Part shown: piece after piece, positions 13,366-27,088 of the stretch | How positions within the stretch are numbered: the stretch's first letter is position 1 | How the letters are laid out: each line of letters begins with the position of its first letter | NCBI GenBank assembly: GCA_012295275.1 | Contig: CM022665.1 | Coordinates: 44,826,001-44,890,000 of the forward strand | Direction: 5' to 3' | Source of the DNA: Chrysomallon squamiferum | Taxonomy: Eukaryota > Animalia > Mollusca | DNA length: 64,000 bases | The notes under the pieces: model-generated | What the model was told of the DNA's origin: nothing | Databases searched by the model: none | The model's input: only the letters and a program-made list of their open reading frames with translations | Program-made: the position numbers and the translations under genes

Positions 13366-14199
13366 CTCTTTTGTCCAATTCTCTCGCACGTTTTGTTAAC
13401 AAATATTTACATTTCCCCGTCCATGGCGACCCAAAGCTCTCCCCAACAGATGACTTCAGCCGATAGTTTACACAACCAATTAACTCCACCGTCGGCCGGC
13501 CATCTTTGGATGTTTCCCCCCCCCTCCCTCTATCAGGCAAAATGGGGCGCAGCGTCAGGGGAGATTACTCTATCGGTGGAAACAGTTTGCTCCCGATGGA
13601 AAGTCGATTAAGCTGCAAAAACCGATGGCATTCGGCGATAAACCCCATCTGTCATACGGGACGAGATGTATGGGTGAGTTTTTGCATCAAAATCATATTG
13701 CTGGCTGGTGGTCGTGTAGAGGAAAGAAATTCAATTTGTTCGAGATCCCAAGCTGTTGTCAGGAAATACAGATATATTATTCATTAACAAGCGATTGCAA
13801 CTAGCGAACGTGGACGTAAGCTGGGGGAAAATGGATAGATGATGGCAAAACTTCGGCCCCCTCTGAATGATGATGATGATGATGATGATGACGATGGCGA
13901 TGAAAGAAAGAAAGAAAGAAAGACAGAAAGACGCTGGCTGGATTATCGCTTGAGATCCCGAGTGAATTGATTTACCCAGTATTTTATTTTTTATTTATTT
14001 TTTATTTTTTTTGTGTGTGTACGTTAATAAAAACGTAAGTGTGAGAACGCGCTTGATAATGAGAACATACTATAATTGATTTTTTTATTTTTTATTTTTT
14101 ACAGAGATCATAGAAAATGAAAACAAATGCACGGTCATGACTTACGGTGACGGTTGAAAGAGGTTTTTATTAATATTACTGCTGTTGTTGTTGTTGTCG

Positions 14200-14656
14200 T
14201 CGTAGTCGATCAGGCGTTTTGGTAGTAGTAGTAGTCGTAGTATTGTAGTGGTAGTCGTAGTAGTGTAGTAGTAGTCGTAGTAGTGTTGTAGTAGTGGTAG
14301 AAGTAGTCGTAGTAGTCGTAGTAGTGTAGTACTAGTCGTAGTAGTGTTGTAGTAATGGTAGAAGTAGTCGTAGTAGTCGTAGTAGCAGTAGTTGTGGTAG
14401 TACTAGTCGTAGTAGTGTAGTAGTGGTGGTAGAAGTAGTCGTAGTAGTTTTGATCGATCAAGCATTTTGGTAGTAGTAATAGTCGTAGTAGCGTTGTAGT
14501 AGTCGTAGTATTAGTAGTAGTAGTAGTCGTAGTAGTAGTAGTTGTAGTAGTCGTAGTAGTGTACTAGTAGTAGTCGTAGTAGAAGTAGTAGTAGTAGGCG
14601 TAGTAATGTTATAATAGTGTTAGTAGTAGTAGTAGTAGTAATAGTAGTAGTGATAC

Positions 14657-14690
<34 letters not shown>

Positions 14691-14930
14691 AGTAGTAGTA
14701 ATAGGGGTAGCAGTCGTAGGGAATAAGAACAATAGGTACAGAGATAGTAGCTGTAACAGTATGGTAGAAGAAATAAATGTCGTAACTGTAGTAGCAGTTG
14801 TAGTAGCTGTCGTAATAGTAACACTGTAGTAGTAATAGTCACAGTAGCAGTAGTAGTAATAGTAGCAGTAGTGGTAGTAGTATTGGTAGTAGCAGCAGTA
14901 GAATTTGTAGTAATAGTGGTGGTAGTTGTT
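14200..14930. repeat. Degenerate (GTA)n low-complexity block; similar blocks at ~10330-10620, 29120-29760 and 43730-44755
   Basis: Directly visible; source of the poly-V/S/T/L/Y ORFs. Confidence 0.9.
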
Positions 14931-15433
14931 GTTGAAAAGAAAACGAATTCGGGTCCAGATTTAATTAATAATTTTACAATTAACTATTCTGTATATTATC
15001 ACTTTTCATCATTTATTCATAGTTATATATTCAGTGGTCATATTTATTTTATAAATAACTTATGATTGATTAATTAGGTTGAAATACTCAGACTTCGCGT
15101 GCAATTTATTAGACTACAGCTGTTGTTGTTGTTGTTGTTTTTTTTGTCACTTAAGTATACGAGTAATAAAAAAGCACCCAGTGATTACGTTATCATAAAG
15201 GTGTACGTGGAGAAACTAATTATATTATCACATTCATATTTGTGCAAAAACACTGATTTCATATTGGCACACACTTGTATGGGGGAAAAAAAAACCAAAC
15301 AATAATTATATTATCACAATACTTGCAGACGTGGAAAGAAATGAATCAGTTATCACATATATCAGAGATAAAAAGCAATGACTCTCTTAACACTGAATAC
15401 ACGTGCAGTTAAAAAGAAAAGACAAAAAGAACA

Positions 15434-15537
<104 letters not shown>

Positions 15538-16249
15538 ATCAGTTATCACGTACATCAATGATAAAAAAAAAAAAACCCAATGACTCTCTTAACACGGAAT
15601 ACACGTGCATTTCAAACGAAACGAACCATGTCTGGGGCGTGCACGTTCATTCGGTGACGTCGCTTCTCCGACTTCCATTGTCTGCACGGTTATTGCTTCA
15701 CAGGCTCTTACCTAACTCACCTCTCTGGGGGAGTGGGGTGGGGGACCTGCCTGCGTCACTGACGTCAGGTTAATGAGGGAGCCGGTGCACGAGAACTATT
15801 TTCGTAGCAGGCAAATCAATCGGCGAATGCCAATATTACTTACTCGTGACCGCTAACGCTTTATTAGCATGGCCTTATCAGTACGTGTTTAATATCGTGA
15901 TTACGTAACACGTCACAGGCGCGTGAACGTAGCTGTACGCGTTGTATCCTTGTATCAGTACACGGATGTATGGATGTGTATATGTGTGTGTGTGTGTGTG
16001 CATGTATGTCTTAATGGAAGTGTAGTTAGGAATGTATCGAATTTGGTTAAGGTTTTCGGTTAATATTTTGCAGTTTGTTGTGGTGTTGTTTTTTTATTTT
16101 TTATTTTTTTTTGTTTTTTTTTTTTTTTTTTCCAGTTACTTTTCTTAATCACTGAAAATATTTATTGTAGTCTTAATTAAATCTTATATATTTCTAAAAC
16201 ATTACATACATACATACGTACATACATACATACATAATACATACATACA

Positions 16250-16285
<36 letters not shown>

Positions 16286-17000
16286 CATACATACATACAT
16301 ACATACATACATACATACATACATACATACATACATACATACATACAACACAAAATTTACAACACAAACTTTTGTATGACTGGACTTTTGTATGTATGTA
16401 TGTCTGTGTGTATGTATGTATGCCAGTGCGTTCCCGAATGATGTCTAAGTGCAGAGCCTAATCAGACATACATAAGACAGAGAATATTAATATCTAAAAA
16501 CACATACAAACACACACATACACGCTTACACACGCACACATGCATAAAAGATTAATCACCTATTTTATCAGTATGCTTCCTAATATCACATCTCACACAA
16601 AACACGTCAAACTATTTTAACCTTCGGTTACTAATGACAACAAAATAAACTCCTATATTAAAACACTACACTGTATTATGTAAGATTATCTGAATTAATT
16701 AGTCAATTAACAGCTAATTATGAAACTAAAAAAACGTCGGCGGCGTTAAATTATGTGTTCAGCCAAACAGATGGTTAATGATCAGAAAGTTCATTAAACG
16801 TGTGGAGAATATCACTGATTATTTTACTGTGTCAGACCTAACACTGTTGTATATAATTATAGTTTATTATGTTACGTTATGTTTTATTTTATTTTAATTA
16901 TATGGTAGTGTATTGTATTGTATGATATTATGTTATATAATGTTATGTTATGTTGTGTATTTCAAATTGTATTTTGTTACTGTGCGCAATATGTGAGGCT

Positions 17001-17044
<44 letters not shown>

Positions 17045-17147
17045 CATCATCATAATAATAATAAGAAGAAGAAGAAGAAAACATATACACACACATAAAT
17101 ATAGATAGATATATAAATATATTATTAAAGATTGAATATGTCTGTGT

Positions 17148-17189
<42 letters not shown>

Positions 17190-17584
17190 TACACACTTAA
17201 CTATTAAAGAAATAGTAAAGTTACTCCTAAGAGTAACATACATAAACGATCTACAATTTGCAAAAGTAACGTAGACATAAGATCAATGGTTGGCCAGCCG
17301 TAACTTTATATACTGGTTATAAGCTTCAACGACGACTCACAGATACTCTAGTTGTAACGTAAAATATCGACTACTCATCGGCTTATAAACTGTAACGTAC
17401 ACAGTGACTAATAACCAGTGCTCGTCGCTTTACAAGTTGTAACGTATGCAACAGTTCTGATCAGTCTACTATTGTGACGTATACGACTACTTATCGGCTT
17501 ATTTGCTGTACTGTACACAACGAATATGTACAGGTTTACTAAACAAAAATAAAAACTCAGTCGTGTTCTCTTTGTAAATTACAG

Positions 17585-18095
17585 ATCAGCTCCTCACTGT
17601 TTTACAATTTGTAACGTAATGAGCTGATACTTACAAACTACAAAATATTTTACACAACGAACACCTTGAGGTTATACTCGACACAAAGTACACAAAAAGA
17701 AGTAACGCATGTCCTGTTTGTAACGCACAAAACCAGCTCCTCCATCACTTTACAATTTGTAACGTAACGAGCAGATACTCACGAACTACACAACACTGCA
17801 CACATACGAACACCCAGCGATAAAACGACACACAAAATACGCAACAACAAATCTCACGCTCGTCCTCTTTGTAACGCTCGCAGCAGCTCCTCCTGCATCA
17901 CTTTACAATTTGTAACGTAACGAGCTGATACTCACGAACTACACAACACTGCACACATACGAACACCCAGCGATACACGACACACAAAATACGCAACAAC
18001 AAATCTCACGCTCGTCCTCTTTGTAACGTACGCAGCAGCTTCTCCTCCTCGTCGCTTTACAACTTTGTAACGTAATGAACTGACACTTACAAACA
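17585..18095. repeat. ~150-bp tandem repeat (3-4 copies) next to the exon 3 donor
   Basis: tttacaatttgtaacgtaa recurs at about 17601, 17748, 17902 and 18056. The last two full units are nearly identical. Confidence 0.85.
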
Positions 18096-18133
18096 AACAA
18101 ACACACAAAAACCACACGCGGCTATTCACTCAC

Positions 18134-18369
18134 CGGTACAAGACCTGTTCTGGCGGCGATCTCGGCTTTCGCTGCCGGGAACGTAGCAGTTGAACTTCTC
18201 CTGCCAGAACTCGGTGAACCACGGGTTCCTCGAGTTGTTGTCGTACCTCAGGGTGGCGTAGTAGTCGTTGAAGTCCTGCAGCGGCGGCGAGTAGAACTTG
18301 ATGGACAGCGCCCCGGCTGCCGTCTCCTCCACCTTCTCGACGACGTCCTTGCGGTTTCCCCAGCCGTCG
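18134..18369 (-). CDS. GRM5: mGluR coding exon 3 (236 nt; SDGWGNRKDVV...NNSRNPWFTEFWQEKFNC...CTG)
   Basis: Acceptor ttctttcacag|C GAC GGC TGG; donor ACC G|GTGAGT; contains the class C motif RNPWFxEFW. Confidence 0.95.
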
Positions 18370-18587
18370 CTGTGAAAGAACGAAGAGCTCGTTTGAAAAA
18401 TTTCGTTTTAAAAATTTAAAAAAAAAAAACATTTTTTTTACTGTGGCTAATAATGGTTTAAGGTGTTAATGTTACCAAATGAAATAATTAATATCTAATG
18501 TTTATATCTGTCTGTCTGTCTAATGTTGTCTATCTATCTATCTATCTGTCTGTCTGTCTGTCTGTCTGACTGTCTGACCTGTCTGCC

Positions 18588-18638
<51 letters not shown>

Positions 18639-18779
18639 TTATCTATCTATCTTTTTATATATTTGTATCTGTATCTGTGTGTGTGTGTATATATATATAT
18701 ATGTCTATAACACACACGCGCGCGTATATACAGATACAAATAAACAGATAAATAGGTAAGATGGATAGATATAGATAGA

Positions 18780-19055
18780 TAGATAGATACATACATACAT
18801 ACAAACAAACATACATACATACATACAGACATACATACAAACAAACATACATACAAACATACATACATACATACAAACATGCATACATACATACATACAT
18901 ACATACATACATACAAACAAACATACATACATACAAACATATATACATACATACATACAATCATACATACATACATACATACAAACATACATACATACAT
19001 ACATACATACATACAAACATACATACATACATACAAACATACATACAAACATACC
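18780..19055. repeat. (TACA)n tetranucleotide block; similar blocks at ~7700-7880, 16203-16346 and 37380-37530
   Basis: Directly visible; source of the MYVC and HTYI ORFs. Confidence 0.9.
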
Positions 19056-19402
19056 TACATGGCGAGAGACAGATATAGACAGACGGAGAGACACACAGAC
19101 AGATATATATACAGAGAGAGAGATAGACAGTTAAACAGACAAACAGACAGATAGATGTACACATAGATTCATAGATACATAAAACCAGTTGTTAAAAGCA
19201 ATATTCATTCACTGACCGAAAATATACCAGAACCGTCGCGTGCCTACTCACAATAAAATTTCATTAATCAACTTAACCTAACAGGTTGAAATATTACATG
19301 CAAATCAAGAAGCTTTTTTTTTTTTTTTTCTGATACTTGTTTCATACATACTCAATCTACGTGATAATGCTATTGCTGTATTGGCCACATTAGAATCAAG
19401 AT

Positions 19403-19450
<48 letters not shown>

Positions 19451-19454
19451 TATA

Positions 19455-19485
<31 letters not shown>

Positions 19486-19952
19486 GTATCGTGTCATTTC
19501 AAACAACAGAGAGAACTGAGAGCAGGTTGGTGGAACGGAACACAGTCCCCGGGGGCCTTTCTAAAAAGATCGATCCCGTAGATCGTACACGCCCACGCCT
19601 GTTTCAGAGAGGATACAGTTGAGACCGTCTATTTTAGTTCGGTTTTGTACAGTCAGAGGTTTATAAGATTAGCTCAGATGTGTTCCTAATGTGACCTGCA
19701 CGAAACGAACGATTCCCTGAAGAGTTTGTTAACCTTTGAAAATTACATCTGAAACACTCGGCTTTAAATATACACGTACGTGCTGTAACGTGTACACATA
19801 CTGCAACATGTAGAAATACAGCACTGTGACACTCATACCGTAGATTACATACATACGTACATACGTAGATGTGTACATATATACAGACGGACAGACTGAG
19901 AGGAATACTGACAAATATACATATATACAGACGGAGACGAATACAGACATAC

Positions 19953-19993
<41 letters not shown>

Positions 19994-20385
19994 CATAATA
20001 CATACATACATACATACACACACATACATACATACATACATACATTGACAGATACATACATATGCATACAGACATACATACTTATACACACAAACCTCTT
20101 TATCGATGTATATCTATCTATCTGTTTCGGTTTGCTTGCCTCTTCATCTATCGCCCTGTTTCTCTTTCTTATTTGTATATATATATACATTGATACAAAT
20201 CAGTTTATACATGCACATACATACATACATACATACATAAATACATAAATAAATATATATATATTCACACACACACACACACACATACATACATAAATAA
20301 ATAAATAAATATATACATACACACACACATTCTCTCTTTATGTACACGCACACGCGCACACACGCACACGCGCACATGGACTCGC

Positions 20386-20632
20386 CTGCCAATGACGAGG
20401 AATTTCCCGGTCACGGATTTCCTCTGAATCGCCTGGAACAGCTTCTTCACGGTGATGCCCTCGCAGAAGCACACGACGACCGTCGCGTTTGGCGTCGTCA
20501 GGAGGCTGTCGACGATCTTGTCGAAGGCGTCGGAGTCGCTGGTCGTCGCCACGTTTTCTGACGTCGCGATGCAAATGTTGTTTTCCTTGGCAATGCTTTT
20601 GAACTCCTCCATTCCCCTAACGCCGTAGTTAC
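20386..20632 (-). CDS. GRM5: mGluR coding exon 2 (247 nt; GNYGVRGMEEFK...VVVCFCEG...FLVIGS)
   Basis: Acceptor tttcgtttcag|GT AAC TAC completes G-N-Y-G with exon 1. The exon ends GGC AG|GCGAGT (GC donor), and the next exon supplies C to rebuild GSDGW. Confidence 0.93.
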
Positions 20633-20713
20633 CTGAAACGAAAACGTTACAAGTTTATTAAATATATACACACACAACAGCTGTAATCACGTCATCACGT
20701 AGTCACGTTTTAT

Positions 20714-21318
20714 ATTAGTGATATCTCACATTAGTCATATTTCATATAAATGATATTTCATATTAGTGATATTTCATATAAGTGATATGTCGCATTAGTC
20801 ATATTTCATATAAGTGATATGTCGCATTAGTCATATTTCATATCAGTGATATCTCATATTAGTGATATTTCATACAAGTGATATCTCACATTAGGGGTAT
20901 TTCGTATTTGTGTTATTTCATATAACAGATTTGTCACAGTGGTGATATTTAATATAAGAGATATCTCACATTATGATATTTCATATAAGTATTATCTCAC
21001 ATTATGATATTTCATATAAGTAATATCTCATACTAATGATATTTCATATAAGTGATATCTCATACTACTGATATTTCATATAAGTGATATCTCATATCAG
21101 TAACATCTCCCATTAATGATATTTCATATAAGAGATATTTCATATCAGTTATATCTCATATTAGGATAAAGTGATATTTCATAACAATGGTATTTCATAT
21201 AGGTGATATTTCATTTAAGTGATCTCTCATGTAAGCGGTATTTCATATAAGTGGTATCTGAAATTAGCAATATTTCATATTAGTGGTATTTCATATAAGT
21301 GGTATCTCATATTAGTGA
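20714..21318. repeat. 16-bp minisatellite (consensus ~TAGTGATATTTCATAT), over 30 copies
   Basis: Variants gtgatatttcatataa and gtgatatctcatatta repeat continuously, ending about 80 nt from the exon 2 acceptor. Confidence 0.9.
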
Positions 21319-22056
21319 TGTAAAAAAAATAATAATAAAAAAAAAAAGGTAATTACTGCGTTTACTAACCATTACAATAGCGTAATTCAGTACCAGGAAT
21401 GTTAGAAATGAGAAACTAAATGTTACTATGGTAAAATATTTGACATTTTTCAGTAACGACAAAACGTTTCCGCTTCCAAATTCGACGAAAGAGAAAACAT
21501 TAAACGTAAAATCGCTGTTTATTTTGATGAACTTCATAAACAACGTGAACTGAGAAAACAGAAGCTTCATTACACTAGTTTTATTTTTAATAAGCCTTAA
21601 ATATAACATATAAATCGCATAAACAGGAATAATTAATTCCTGATAATCTGTATTTGACGAATTACACAGAGTTATGAGTAGCATTTGACATTCACTGGTT
21701 TCGTTCAGAATTACATCACATTTAATTAATGTGTGCCTTCGGTGAAAGAAATGGTCCAAACACTTTCAAAATCACTGGCGAGCAACCTTAGTTAATAATG
21801 AAGTACAACAGTAAGAGAACAAATGTATTAAACATTTGAGAAAGTGATAAAAAGACAACAGTTTTATTTGTTTCTGTCGAACAAACTTAGCTAACAATAA
21901 AGTATAACAAACCAAAAATTACAAATCATGACAAAGGATATAAACTGTAATGTTTCTTGATTTAACATACACGAAATTATGCAAGTACGTTACAGTGAAA
22001 CGATAACAGTAAGATAAATGTAGGTAAAATTGAATCTAGGTTAACGACAGTTTTAA

Positions 22057-22089
<33 letters not shown>

Positions 22090-22524
22090 AAACTGAAACG
22101 CCACAAATAAATTAAGATAAATTCAATTCAGAAATGATACATTAACTAGTGAAAGGGTCTGACAATGGTTTTCGAGTTAACGAAGTTAATTGCCGCTGTC
22201 CAGGCTTGTAAATCTAAGACGCTGGACCATCACGCCACTGTGGTGATGAATCGAATACGTCCCCAGAGGCGAAGCTCTGCACACTGCACCTGGACTGTTG
22301 TGAATCAAATAAACAAACTAAATGGTTGTAGGGGACATCTCACAGTTTTAAAAAAAAAATTGAAAATTTCACTCTAGGTTCGTTTCATTTAAAAAAAAAA
22401 AAAAATAAAAAAAATTATCTTTAATTCACTCCTGTTTCTCTGTTTTTTTTCCTCTTTCTTGTTTTTCTGTGTAGACGTCCTCTCTCAGTTTCTCTCATGC
22501 CAGATTTTTCTGTGTGTGGTGTGT

Positions 22525-22652
<128 letters not shown>

Positions 22653-22739
22653 CTCTCTGGTATACTCCTACAAAATTCCTATGTCTTTCTATACGGTCTA
22701 GGAAAAATAAACGTACACAACGAAAAACCATTTTTAATT

Positions 22740-23095
22740 TATATAATACGCTCTACACGACTGCCATTAAGTTGAAAACACATTTCAATGCGTGTCCTCC
22801 ACTGTTGAAGAACACGTTCAAGCTTACAGCTGAAGTTACGCTTGTAACGGCTTTGGTTGCACGTTGCTACAGATGATTTATGTTTCGCATCTTTTCCTCA
22901 TACACCATTCGCCTTCAAAAAGCCCCCAGAGGTAAAAAAATCAAGTGGGGTAAGGTCTGGGGATCTGGGAAGCCATTACACAGGATCACGCCTAACATGG
23001 AAACTGATGATCTAACCACTGACGTAACGTGACAATCAAATGAAGAAATACAATGTTAAAAAACGTACGAATGGAAACTTATGGGACACCCTGTA
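22740..23095 (-). mobile_element. Decayed, internally deleted Tc1/mariner-superfamily DNA transposon (C-terminal transposase remnant plus a terminal repeat)
   Basis: From 22975 the minus strand reads WLPRSPDLTPLDF, then after frameshifts YLWG-LK-MVYEEK...R..MCFQLNGS.VE. This matches the WPPRSPDLxPxDFxLWGxLK catalytic motif. An end sequence TACAGGGTGTCCCATAAG lies at 23095-23078. Confidence 0.8.
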
Positions 23096-23415
23096 TTTAT
23101 CTGGCTGTTAAAATTTCTCTCGATACTCTTTTTTATCCCACTATCTATTTTCGTTTTTTTTTTACTTTCTCTTTAATTTTTTTTATTTCTCTAGCTCTCG
23201 CCCACTACTATCGATAATCCTTTATTTTTTTTATTTTTTATGTTTAATGATTTTATATCAGTATTTTTTAACTTCAGTCAATCTTTCTCTGAATATCAAT
23301 CACATCCCTATCACAGTATGTGTGTATCTGTCTGTCTGTCCGATAATAAATATTTCAGTATATATCATAAGCTCATAATAATAAACTTCTGAAAACAATC
23401 ATGATATAATAATAA

Positions 23416-23465
<50 letters not shown>

Positions 23466-23807
23466 CAACAACAATAATAATAATAACAATAATAACAATA
23501 ACAATAATAATAATAATAACCAAATTAAAATTTGAAGCTAAATCGTTCATGATTTATTCATTATTTTTCGCTGTTATTTTTTTTTTCTCTATTATTTTTA
23601 TTCATAACTGAAATCTGATTTTAGCTGTCGTTTATCTTGTTCAGCAAATGTTAAAAAAACAACAACAAAAAACCTTCGACATTCTCAAACGATGATTAAT
23701 GAAACTTTTAATGAGAAACCTTATATGAGGAATTGTTTGGGGTTTTCTTTCTTTTTTTTTTTTTTTTTTCTGTTTTAAGGTTTTTGTTAATGTTTTAAAG
23801 AGATGTT

Positions 23808-23950
23808 TACAGCTCGGCTATGTATCTTTGGTACTAAAAACCTAACTGACTGCAGGATCGATGCGTTTTGGGTTCGTTCTACTGGCCATTTCCCGTTCCA
23901 GACACTGCTCCATCATTGTCTTATCAACGCTTTTGTTACGCACATTCACT
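23808..23950 (+). mobile_element. Degenerate tRNA-SINE fragment (same family as 2540-2690)
   Basis: tacagctcgg ... ggatcgat ... tggccatttcccgttccagacactgctcca...ttatcaacg follows the head and core order of the 2540-2690 copy. Confidence 0.45.
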
Positions 23951-24116
23951 GTCTACATAAAAGATGACGTCTTGTTATTCCCTAACATTTGCGTCATCGA
24001 CTCACGGCTCAGATGTTACTATTAATAAAACAACAGTAAAGAGAAGAAGAAAAGAAAAAAAGAATGAAAGAAAGAAATTTTCGAAAAGGAAAAATGATGA
24101 AGAAAGGTTCGGCTAT

Positions 24117-24150
<34 letters not shown>

Positions 24151-24158
24151 GGTGAAGC

Positions 24159-24268
<110 letters not shown>

Positions 24269-25335
24269 GAAAGAAAGAACAAATAAGAAAGAAATTATTA
24301 GAAATGAACTACATGAAAACTGAAGCACTCAGGTGACAAAATAAGAAAATTTCTGACAAATTAAACTCTTAAACTTTTTCGAGACCAAAACGTGGGAAAA
24401 TCGATTGGAGCTTGGCATACTACAATACATTGTTATTCAACTGACACAGCGTGCTCATTTACACATTTCCCGTTCCTGCCCTTGCCGATCGATTGGCTTA
24501 TAAAAGAAAACTCCATGGTATGTAAGAAAAGATTCCTTTCTTCTGCTGGTTTCTTATTTATTTATTTACTTACTTACCTAATTAGTTACTTACTTGCGTA
24601 TTTTTATACTTATTTGTTTAAATTATTTATTTATTTACTTACTTACTTATTTACTTGCGTACTTTTATACTTATTTGTTTATTTACTTACTTACTTGCGT
24701 ACTTACTTACGTACTTTTTTTTATTTATATATTTTTTGTTTATTTATATATTTATTTGTTTATTTATTATTTATTTATTTACAAGTAGATTTCACTTTTA
24801 ATATTTTTCGTTTATTCTTCTTTTTTTTTTTCTCTTTTTTTCTCACTGGGTTTTCTGTTGTTCTTGTTTATTTCTTCTTATTCTTCTTCTTCGTTTAAAT
24901 TCCTCACTTAGGCGCTCGTGTCCTTTAAACCATTTTGCTAGTGGAGTGAGAAATATAAACAAATTACGACCACAGAAAACGTAGTCACGAAAAATCTCGT
25001 CTAGTAACACGTGATCATGACAGAAACCTGTAAAGTGCAGATAACTCTGTTTCCGCATTAACCGTGACAAACTCTGAACGCTTTCAAAAACCTTCATGCG
25101 AAGTGATTTGTAAATAGATGTCACTTTATATCAGTTGATTCGAGAAGCAAAGTGTTGCAGAAAGACATAAACCTTTGCTTTTGTGGTTTAAATGTGTCCA
25201 TTGACATGCGTAAATAAAAAAGATCGACTGATTATTGTTAAACATATAGATTGTTTGCCCTTGTGTTATTATTATTAGTTATTTCTTTATCTTCATTATT
25301 ATCACTTTTTTTTAATATTTATTTATTTCTTGAAA

Positions 25336-25399
<64 letters not shown>

Positions 25400-25641
25400 T
25401 GCTTCTTTTTTATTCTTTCTGATTTTGCTAAGTATTTATCGTTTTTCGTTCTTTCCCCTTCAGTTTTCATTTTCTTTTATTATTTTTTACTCTCAATAAA
25501 TTTAACTTTGTTCGTTCTGTTCGTTTTTATCTTTGTTTTGTGTTATCTCTTTCTCGTTTCACTGGCAAGTACCAACATTTGTTTCACAGATCAATACTGG
25601 CGATCCAACTCTAAGAATTTACGAGTTTATGTACATATGTG

Positions 25642-25735
<94 letters not shown>

Positions 25736-25863
25736 GAAACTAGCTTAATACATGTACTATTTGGCAAGGTAAATAGAATTTAAACTAAAAGCATGTTTTA
25801 TGATTTGTCTAAGATAACAGCATTGTAAGAAGAGAAAATATACACAACACAGGAAACGACAGC

Positions 25864-25980
<117 letters not shown>

Positions 25981-27088
25981 GAGGAAACAGAAAATAGCTT
26001 AATACATGTACTGTCAAATTGAATTAAACCCAAAAATAATAATAATAACAAAAATAAAATAAAAACCATTATGAGCACGAAGAGATTGCAGTTCTTTTCC
26101 AAAACCGCCTCCTCATGTAGTAATCCGCACGTAATTTCGTTTCGTTTCTGTACAAGTCGCATTTTGAAAGCGCACATAACGTTTTTAAAAGTGGCAGTCC
26201 TCTCTCTCTCTCTCTGGGGGGGGGGGAGGTCTAACTCAATCGCTTTGCCGGAGACGTTCCCGCTGCAACAATTACGACGTGGAGGATGCAGCTGCAAAGA
26301 ATTAATGTCTCGGTTTTAACAGCCTCGTCCCAGCGACAACGACGTCCTCGACTTAATTCGCCCGTACGTTAAACTTTACAGCCACCGCGATGACATCTGC
26401 CGGCAGCTGGAGCAAGGTGGGTGTAGTTTAGTGGTTAGAGCTCTCTCGCGGGCTGTGTGTGGTGAGTTTGCAGGTTTAATGATTTATAATAAAAAAAGAC
26501 TTTTTTCAGATGTGGTTTTTCCTGTTATGTAATTATACAGAGAAACTGTAAAAAAAAAAAAAAGACCAAAAAGACCAAACAGACCTGTAGAGACCTTGTA
26601 ACAGAATCACTGCCCCAGACCTAATACGCAGCAGGATCGAATCTTCTGACTAATAATGTCGTTATAAACTGTGTTCTTTTACCAGGATATTTGTATGGTT
26701 TTGTTCTGCTGAAAGTTGTATATTTAAAAATATTGCATTTCTGATTTGCTAATCAGTAATGTTCTGTTACAACACACATCTATATTGTTTGTCAGGACTC
26801 GTCATTAAGTAAAAGTGTTTAGCATCTAATTTATAAGTAAGTCAAAACGTATTTATTAATTCCTACATTAAACTTTAAAAATTATACAAGAAGATGAAAC
26901 GATAGAGATATGGTAGAAATATTTTATAAATTAAAACGTATCGAGATGTAATAAACTAAAATAATCATTCACGTGTTATTTCTAGTATAAAATGTTACAA
27001 TCATACGACTGATGTTTGCATTTCTAAAAGATAATGTAATCTCTAAGTATCTTTTCGTTAATCATTGGTGTATGATTGCCAGTATTGA

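Noticed and set aside
18301-18312. GGACAGCGCC REST/RE1 half-site
   Set aside because: It lies within coding exon 3 (codons for GALS) and the other half-site is absent.
26415-26485. tRNA-like gtgtagtttagtggttagagc; similar at ~13330-13290 (minus) and ~57920
   Set aside because: Only an A-box-like stem is present, with no full cloverleaf or intact B box. Probably decayed SINE heads, not tRNA genes.
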